Source: Candidatus Poribacteria bacterium (lineage in GTDB: Bacteria > Poribacteria > WGA-4E > GCA-2687025). Taken from it: a stretch of 64,000 bases of DNA. The notes under the pieces are model-generated. The model was given only the letters and a program-made list of their open reading frames with translations, ran no database searches and was not told the origin of the DNA. A program made the translations under genes and the position numbers. The stretch lies in the NCBI GenBank assembly GCA_963665845.2, contig OY762492.1, forward strand, positions 2,880,001 to 2,944,000, read 5' to 3'. Of the stretch, positions 57,497-64,000 are shown one piece after another; position 1 is the stretch's first letter; every line of letters starts with the position of its first letter.

Positions 57497-60400
57497 GTGG
57501 AGAATATCTTGACGAACGGGAGAGGCGCGCGCGCTTTTGTTTTCGCGCTGTTTGTATTGTCTGGAACGGCGGGGCTGGTGTATCAGGTGGTCTGGTCGCG
57601 CATGTTGACGACCCACGTCTTCGGCGCGACGGTTCAGGCGGTCAGCGCGACGCTGGCGGCGTTCATGGCGGGGCTGGCGCTCGGCGCTTACTGGCTTGCC
57701 AAACGCGCCGACCAGATGCGCAGCCCGCTCCGTTTCTACGCCGTCCTTGAAGCCGCCATCGGCTTGTACGCCTTTCTCTTTCCGCTCCTTTTAAAAGGGA
57801 CGCTGGCGGTCTATCTGTTGTTCGCAAAGGGGCGCGACCCGAACGCTTTTTTAACCGCGCTTCGTTTTGCGCTCGCGTTGGCGCTTCTGCTCGCTCCGAC
57901 CGCGATGATGGGCGCGACGCTTCCAGCCTTGGCGCGCCAATTCGCCCGCCGCTTCTCGGACGCCGGACAGCAGGGCGGGTTTCTTTACGCCGCCAACACG
58001 TTCGGCGCGGTCGCCGGCGCGTTGCTTGCCGGCTTCGCCCTGATACGCTGGCTCGGCGTCAACGGGACGCTGTTCGCCGCTGGAATCGTCAACATCGCTG
58101 TCGGAGCCGCCGCATGGTACGCCGCGCGTAAACTCCCGGAGCCGGACGAAGAGGAGGCAACGCCCGAAACGGAACCGACCGAAACGTTCAGCCCCAGCGT
58201 CGTGAACGCCAGCGCCGCCGCCTTCGGGATTTCTGGGTTCTGCGCGCTCGCTTATGAGGTGTTCTGGACGCGCATACTGGTCTTTTTTCTCGGCAGCACC
58301 ACCTACGCCTTTGCGACGATGCTTGCCGCGTTTTTGACCGGCATCGCGTTCGGCAGCGCCGTTTTAGCCCGCTTCCTGCCGCGCATACGGCGGCCGGCGC
58401 TCGCCTTGGGGGCGGTTCAGGCGCTGATTGGGATCGCCTCGGTTCTCTCGCTTCCGATCATCAGCGAAATGAACGCGATTGTGCGCGGCGTCGGGTTCGG
58501 CGGGCGTCCAATGGTGTTTGCTGTTTGCGTCCTTGTCATGCTCGGTCCGACCTTTTTGATGGGCGCGTCGTTTCCGCTGGCGGCGCGCATCGCGTCGGCT
58601 GGATCGTCCCGTATCGCCGCGGCGGTCGGCGGCGTTTATGCGCTCAACACCGCGGGCGCGATACTCGGCTCCGTCGCCGCCGGCTATCTGATGGCGCCCC
58701 TTTTTGGAATACGCAACAGCGTTCTGCTGACGGCGCTGCTCAACCTTGTCGCGGCGGGCTGGGTCTTGTCGGCGGACGCCTCGCTGAACGTCTGGGAGCG
58801 GCGCGCGCCTCTTTTGACGGGCGCGGCGGTTGTGTTCGCGGCGTTTTTCCTTTTCCCAAAAACGCATTTCTTCTTAAAAAGCGCCATCTATTATGAGCAG
58901 TTTAAAGACGAAAAACCGCCCAAAACGCTTTCTTATGTGGAAAACGCGGACGCGAGCGTCACGGTCCTGGAAGACGCCGACGGCATACGCAGCCTCTATG
59001 TCGACACAAACGAAGCGGCAAACAGCAGCCGATGGGACGCCCCGTCTCACCGCGTTATTGCGCATGCGCCGCTGCTGCTTCACCCGAACCCGAAACGCGC
59101 GCTCGTCGTCGGCTTCGGCATGGGCCGCACCTCCAACTCGATCATTCAGCATGGCGTCTTTGTGGACGCGGCGGAGATCTCGCCGGGCGTTCCGGTCGCG
59201 GCGCGGCAATTTTTTTCTAAAGAAAACAACCGCGTTCTCGACTCGCCCCAGTTTCGCCTCCATGTGAACGACGGGCGCAACTACATTCTGACGACGACGA
59301 ACCGATACGACATGATCTCCACCGGCATCATTCATCCGCTGGTGAGCGCCGGCAGCTCCAACATTTACAGCAAAGATTTTTACGAGATGTGCCGCGGCAT
59401 CCTCAAAGAGGACGGGGTGATGAGCCAGTGGGCGCCGCTGCATCGGCTGCCGCTGAAGGAGCTGAAGATCATCGTGCGCACCTTTTTGGAGGTGTTTCCA
59501 CATACGACCGTCTGGTATAAATACACGCCCGATTTTATCATTCTTGCCGGTTCCATGAAGCCGTTTGAGATCGACTTTTGGGAATGGATGCGCCGCGCGC
59601 AGCTGCCCGATGTGGACGCCGATCTGGCGAAGGACGATATGGACGCATGGTCGCTTCTCGACTCGTTTTTGATGGGGCCGGATCAGGCGCGCGCCTTTGC
59701 GGGCGAGGGTCCGATCCATACGGACGACAAGCCGCTGCTGGAATTCTTCGGCTCCAACCTCGGCGGCGAAATGACGACGCAGGCGGAAAATATACGGGCG
59801 ATGGCAAAGTATCGGGAGCCGGCGTTTCCGTATCTGCGCAATTTTACAAGCGCCGCGCAAAAACGAGAGGCGAAAGCGGCGCTGGACGAATACTATGCGG
59901 CAACCGAAAAACTGATACTGGGGCAGGCGGAATTCGCCGAGCTGCGTTATGAAAAAGCGGCGGAATTGTACAACGAAGCGGCGGATCTCAACCCGCTGGA
60001 TCCGACCGTCGGCTACCATCAGCTGGTCGTATCCGAACGCATCCACAGCGAACTGAGCGGCGAGGCGCAGGCGTTGATTCAGCCGCTGCTAAATCGGCTT
60101 CAAGCCGACCCGAACAACCTTGCGCTCATCGCGCAGATCGGAGCGGCGTACCGCGAAGCGGGCGACCTGCAGGAAGCGGTACGCATGTTTCAGCGCGCCT
60201 TGACCCTCTCGCCGAACGACATTCGGTTGTTGCTGCCGCTCGCGGAAACGTACCATCAAAACGGGCAGCTCAAGGAGGCGATCCAGGCGTATCAGAAGGC
60301 GCTGGACATCGACCCGCGGGCGCCGATGGAGATCTACGGGCAGCTGTCGGAGGCGTATGCGGACGCGGGAAATATGCAGGAGGCGATACGGACGCTGCGG

Positions 60401-60694
60401 CAGGCGTTGACGATGGATCCGACGCATGCGTTGACGCATTCGCGGCTTGGGTCTTATCTTTACACGGCGGGTCAACTGGCGCAGGCGGCGGAGCATTTTG
60501 AGCGCGCCGTTGAGCTGGAGCCGAACTCGCGGGCGGCGCGCATTTCATGGTATGAGCTGGGGTTGATTCGGTATCAACAAGGGCGCAGCGCCGACGCCAA
60601 ACAAGCGTTTGAATCGGCGCTGCGCATCGATGCGTCCTTTACGGAGGCGCGGCAGCGGTTGAAAGAGCTTACGGCGCCTCCGGGCTTAGAATGA
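57497..60694 (+). CDS. Fused MFS-like membrane domain / spermidine synthase-like domain / TPR protein
   Basis: SGTAGLVYQVVW, LYAANTFGA, ALVVGFGMGRT, NDGRNY, HTDDKPLLEF, multiple C-terminal TPRs. Confidence 0.88.
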   Translation: MENILTNGRGARAFVFALFVLSGTAGLVYQVVWSRMLTTHVFGATVQAVSATLAAFMAGLALGAYWLAKRADQMRSPLRFYAVLEAAIGLYAFLFPLLLKGTLAVYLLFAKGRDPNAFLTALRFALALALLLAPTAMMGATLPALARQFARRFSDAGQQGGFLYAANTFGAVAGALLAGFALIRWLGVNGTLFAAGIVNIAVGAAAWYAARKLPEPDEEEATPETEPTETFSPSVVNASAAAFGISGFCALAYEVFWTRILVFFLGSTTYAFATMLAAFLTGIAFGSAVLARFLPRIRRPALALGAVQALIGIASVLSLPIISEMNAIVRGVGFGGRPMVFAVCVLVMLGPTFLMGASFPLAARIASAGSSRIAAAVGGVYALNTAGAILGSVAAGYLMAPLFGIRNSVLLTALLNLVAAGWVLSADASLNVWERRAPLLTGAAVVFAAFFLFPKTHFFLKSAIYYEQFKDEKPPKTLSYVENADASVTVLEDADGIRSLYVDTNEAANSSRWDAPSHRVIAHAPLLLHPNPKRALVVGFGMGRTSNSIIQHGVFVDAAEISPGVPVAARQFFSKENNRVLDSPQFRLHVNDGRNYILTTTNRYDMISTGIIHPLVSAGSSNIYSKDFYEMCRGILKEDGVMSQWAPLHRLPLKELKIIVRTFLEVFPHTTVWYKYTPDFIILAGSMKPFEIDFWEWMRRAQLPDVDADLAKDDMDAWSLLDSFLMGPDQARAFAGEGPIHTDDKPLLEFFGSNLGGEMTTQAENIRAMAKYREPAFPYLRNFTSAAQKREAKAALDEYYAATEKLILGQAEFAELRYEKAAELYNEAADLNPLDPTVGYHQLVVSERIHSELSGEAQALIQPLLNRLQADPNNLALIAQIGAAYREAGDLQEAVRMFQRALTLSPNDIRLLLPLAETYHQNGQLKEAIQAYQKALDIDPRAPMEIYGQLSEAYADAGNMQEAIRTLRQALTMDPTHALTHSRLGSYLYTAGQLAQAAEHFERAVELEPNSRAARISWYELGLIRYQQGRSADAKQAFESALRIDASFTEARQRLKELTAPPGLE

Positions 60695-62888
60695 TCGGTT
60701 CCGACTCCACATGGCTGCGTATCTGAAGGCGCGCCGCTTCCGCTTCGTTGCGCTCGCCGAAACGCCCGACCAGAACGCGGTACCAGCTTCCCGAATCGAC
60801 AAGGCGGTTTTCGACCACCGCAGAGAAACCGGCGATGTCGAGAGCCTGCCTTGCGCGTTCGGCGTTTTCGGCGTTTTTAAACGAACCCGCCAGGACGCGG
60901 AAAGCGCTCGTCGGCGCTTCGGGTTCGGGGGCGGGCGCTGGAGCGCTCAACTCCGCCGCGCTCACCGCGAGGCGCACCGGCGCGCCGACGGGACGAGACG
61001 CGGACAGCGCGCCCGACCGTACCCGCTTCGGATCGGATCCAAACACGGTCATATACTGAAGCAGCTCATCCGCCCGCCCTTTAGACAGACCAGGATCGCC
61101 CCCGCCGGTTCCGATCTCCACATGCAGCCCGTCTTCGATGGCGCGGGCGAGTTCCCCCGCGAGCAGCGCGCCGCGCGCGTTCAACCCCTGCCGCCCTTCG
61201 TTGAAAGCGTTCTCCGGCATATCGACCAACAGCCGCCCGCCGTCGATCCAAGCGTCCGCGCCGCGCAGGTCCAGCGCCGCAAACGCGCGCGAGATTTCAG
61301 CGCGGTTGCCGGCAGCATCCTCCGCGGCAAACGCGAGCGTGTAACGGGCGCCCGGTTCCAGAACGTCCAGCGGTATTTCAGCCGACGCGGCGTCGCCGTT
61401 GGCACTGTGAACGACATCGCCGCCGTTCCGCAGCTCAACCGTCCATTGATGAAGCGCGTTCGATTCCTCCGCATGCGCGGTTATTTTGCCGACAGGCTCG
61501 TCCCCGTTCGCAAACGCGACCGGCGTCAAGTCGATCCGCAGCGCCGGCGCCGTTGTGTCGACCGCGACCGTACCTTCGGCGATGGTGAGGAGTCCTCTAA
61601 CTATAGCCCATTTGTAAACGCCGTCCAGCGCGCCGTCTGCGTTCCATGCGACGCTTTCGGGGCGGTCGGACAGGTCAAACGCTTCCAGCAGGACGCCCCC
61701 TGAACTGCTCATCTCCAGTTTGGCGCCCTCCGGCAGATTGGAAAGATGGAACAGGGCGGCGTCTTTTTTACCGTCTCCGTTGGGCGAAAAGACGCTGTTT
61801 TCGATTCGAACATGCCGCTCATGGGAGTCGGGCAGAATCAGCCCGCCTTCCGTCTCGCTGTCAAGCTGGCGCGCGCCGCTCTTGTTCCCATGCGGCATGT
61901 TCGACCCCGCCCATTGAAGCGACATCGTTACCAGATGGCGCCGTTCCATCGGGTCGTCCAGCCCGTTCATGCCCCATAAATAAGCGTAATCGATGCGCCC
62001 GCCGCCGACCTGCGCCGACGCGCCGACGGAACCCATCCCGCTTCCAATGCGGTAGTAGTTCGCGGCGGTGTTGTATCCCGCTCTCAACGCGGCGGCTCCG
62101 CTCCAGAAGCGCGCCTCCACGCCGGCGCCGGCGCGGAACCGGTCCTGGGCGAGGCGCAGGCTGTCGTCCACATATGCCAGGTCGCCCGCCGCGGTCCATT
62201 CGACGCCCGCCCGTTCAAAGATCGTATACGCCGCTCCCGCCCGTACCGTGAACGGCGACAGCGAGGCGGACATCTGCTGTCCTTCAGCGTCCCAAAAGCG
62301 CGACCCGACATTGGAGACGGCGAGGCCGAGGTCAAGGGCGCGCCCGTTCGACAGAGCCTTATTCCATAAAACGCCGGCGTCCATTCCCCACGCGGAAAGG
62401 GTTTTGCCGGGCAAACGGCGGCTTTCATGGCGGGCGGCGGCGCCGACGAAGACGTTGTCGGCGACCGGCAAAGCGTAGCCGAAAGCGACGGCGCGGTTGC
62501 GCGTCGGGTCGCCTGTCCATCCCTCAAACTGCGCCGCAGCGCCGAAGTAACCGGCGTCGTCGGCGCCGATAGCGCGCAGGTTTCCGCTCAAGTCAAAGCT
62601 GGAGAGCCGCGCCGAACTTTGCGGCGAAAACGGCGCCTGCGATAAGGAGCCTTTGATGTCGGGCGAGGAGGCAATCAGCGCGGGGTTCCAGAACATACCT
62701 GCCGCTCCGCTGGATACCGCCGCGCCCGCGCCGCCAAGACCTGCCAGCCGCGCGTTCGTTCCAGGCTGTATCTCGCGTAAAATGGATGTTTGATACAGAT
62801 AATTCCAGTCCGAATCGGCGGCATCCTCCGCATACGCCGCCGTAACCATGCATACTGCCGCAAACCCAGCGGCGAATCGCTTCAACAT
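60669..62888 (-). CDS. Secreted multidomain protein: PorV/FadL-like barrel, Ig-like FSPNGDG region, SPOR domain
   Basis: ARLAGLGGA..A..FWNPA, DAGVLW, LRAGY, IDYAY; VFSPNGDGKKD; FRVLAGSF..ENA...WYRVLVGRF. Confidence 0.75.
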   Translation of the reverse strand: MLKRFAAGFAAVCMVTAAYAEDAADSDWNYLYQTSILREIQPGTNARLAGLGGAGAAVSSGAAGMFWNPALIASSPDIKGSLSQAPFSPQSSARLSSFDLSGNLRAIGADDAGYFGAAAQFEGWTGDPTRNRAVAFGYALPVADNVFVGAAARHESRRLPGKTLSAWGMDAGVLWNKALSNGRALDLGLAVSNVGSRFWDAEGQQMSASLSPFTVRAGAAYTIFERAGVEWTAAGDLAYVDDSLRLAQDRFRAGAGVEARFWSGAAALRAGYNTAANYYRIGSGMGSVGASAQVGGGRIDYAYLWGMNGLDDPMERRHLVTMSLQWAGSNMPHGNKSGARQLDSETEGGLILPDSHERHVRIENSVFSPNGDGKKDAALFHLSNLPEGAKLEMSSSGGVLLEAFDLSDRPESVAWNADGALDGVYKWAIVRGLLTIAEGTVAVDTTAPALRIDLTPVAFANGDEPVGKITAHAEESNALHQWTVELRNGGDVVHSANGDAASAEIPLDVLEPGARYTLAFAAEDAAGNRAEISRAFAALDLRGADAWIDGGRLLVDMPENAFNEGRQGLNARGALLAGELARAIEDGLHVEIGTGGGDPGLSKGRADELLQYMTVFGSDPKRVRSGALSASRPVGAPVRLAVSAAELSAPAPAPEPEAPTSAFRVLAGSFKNAENAERARQALDIAGFSAVVENRLVDSGSWYRVLVGRFGERNEAEAARLQIRSHVESEPIILSPEAP

Positions 62889-62989
62889 TGCCCATCCCTC
62901 CAGTCTTCAGAACGCGTCATGACGCATTTTCTATGGAAAACGCGCGCCGATGGACGTTAGTTACATGCCGCAGGGCAAGGACGGCGCCA

Positions 62990-63579
62990 GCCTCGTCTCT
63001 TTGAGTTGAGACATTTGAACGACCAAAGCCTTTATCATGGGAAAAGGCGTTGCCAACCAGGTCGTCATTCCCGCGCAAGCGGGAATCTAGAGGCGCCGCA
63101 GAAACCGTCCGCGTTCACCTCAAGCGTCCGGCGGTCCAAAACGTCATTCCCGCGGAAGCGGGAATCTTAAGGCATCGCAGCCGCCGGGGCGTCTAAAACC
63201 CCCCCTGCCCCCCTTTTCAAGGGGGGAGTTCAGAAACCTGCGCCATCGGTCGTTCCCCGCTTCCGCGAGGACATGCATTCCCGCGCAAGCGGGAATCTAG
63301 AGGCGCCGCAGAAACCGTCCGCGTTCACCTCAAGCGTCCGGCGGTCCAAAACGTCATTCCCGCGGAAGCGGGAATCTTAAGGCATCGCAGCCGCCGGGGC
63401 GTCTAAAACTCCCCTTTTCAAGGGGGAGTTCAGAAACCTGCGCCGTCGGTCGTTCCCCGCTTCCGCGAGGACATGCATTCCGGGCGCGTCTAAAACCCCC
63501 AGCCCCCCTTTTCAAGGGCGGAGTCTAGAAACTCCGCGCCCTACCCGCCGGCATGCCCCAACTAAAGACGCAAGGTCAG
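62990..63579. repeat. Expanded MITE containing a ~210-bp tandem duplication, four dRS3 palindromes, three hairpins and two 22-nt inserts
   Basis: Left end AGTTGAGACATTTGAACG; right end ATGCCCCAACTAAAGACGCAAGGTCA. Confidence 0.85.
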
Positions 63580-63668
63580 TTGGTTGCGCGCCCAATCGGT
63601 TTGCGGTATGCTAAAAGTGAATCGTTGTGAAGCCGCCGTTCGGTATGGTCATGAAGGGAGCGTTCCCA

Positions 63669-64000
63669 ATGAAGGCAATCAAAACGTTACGACTTGCTCT
63701 CTGCGCCGGCATGCTGCTTGCATATGCGGGCTGGGCGGACGCCGCCTCGGTCGCCGTGATCGAAGTGCGGCGCGAAATCAACAAAGGGCTGGAACGGTAC
63801 ATCAACCGCGCCCTGAACGAAGCGGAAAACAAAGCGGACCTCATCCTGTTCGACATGAACACGCCCGGCGGACGGGTCGACGTCATGAGCGAGATCATCA
63901 ACCATATCTACAACCTTGAGATTCCGTCCATCGCCTTTGTGCATGTGGAAGCGATCTCTGCCGGGGCGGTCATCGCGCTGGCGGCGGATCAGATCGCGAT
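63669..64000 (+). CDS. nfeD: NfeD/YqeZ-family membrane-bound ClpP-class protease, partial
   Basis: Not in the ORF track. Manual translation MKAIKTLRL...YINRALNEAE...DMNTPGGRVD...AFVHVEAISAGAVIALAADQIA; RBS GGGAG. Confidence 0.88.
   Translation, partial: MKAIKTLRLALCAGMLLAYAGWADAASVAVIEVRREINKGLERYINRALNEAENKADLILFDMNTPGGRVDVMSEIINHIYNLEIPSIAFVHVEAISAGAVIALAADQIA

Noticed and set aside
1-64000. tRNA or rRNA genes, prophage
   Set aside because: No cloverleaf or rRNA signatures, integrase or phage structural genes were recognised.

Overview
GC-rich bacterial chromosomal window. The paired EutN/CcmL genes, orphan LivJ-like lipoproteins, several SMP-30/Ldh-2 enzymes and dense palindromic repeats suggest a Poribacteria-like or PVC-like organism, but this is inference only. 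Housekeeping blocks include a sulfite/nitrite reductase, rsmA, an amidase, ribE-ribBA-ribH, accA, zapA, aroE, a fused IOR, recN, nadK, apt, uxuA, leuB, nrdJ and nfeD. Accessory DNA lies between them. Main observations: (1) three tandem DNA methyltransferase-Mrr-like fusion genes with near-identical, mosaic frames but unrelated central target-recognition regions, a candidate specificity-cassette array; (2) two inverted IS1595 copies whose 8-bp target duplication and interrupted palindrome are split between them, recording a ~10-kb inversion; (3) a layered repeat system made of dRS3-like palindromes, CCCCCTTGAAAAGGGGG hairpins, a ~165-bp TG..CA MITE and a 22-nt hairpin that inserts at one exact site and once into itself; (4) four orphan LivJ-like paralogs; (5) an intact IS1 with perfect 22-bp TIRs; (6) an M.EcoRI-family methyltransferase plus DUF262-HNH pair. 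All calls come from reading motifs by eye; no database searches were run.
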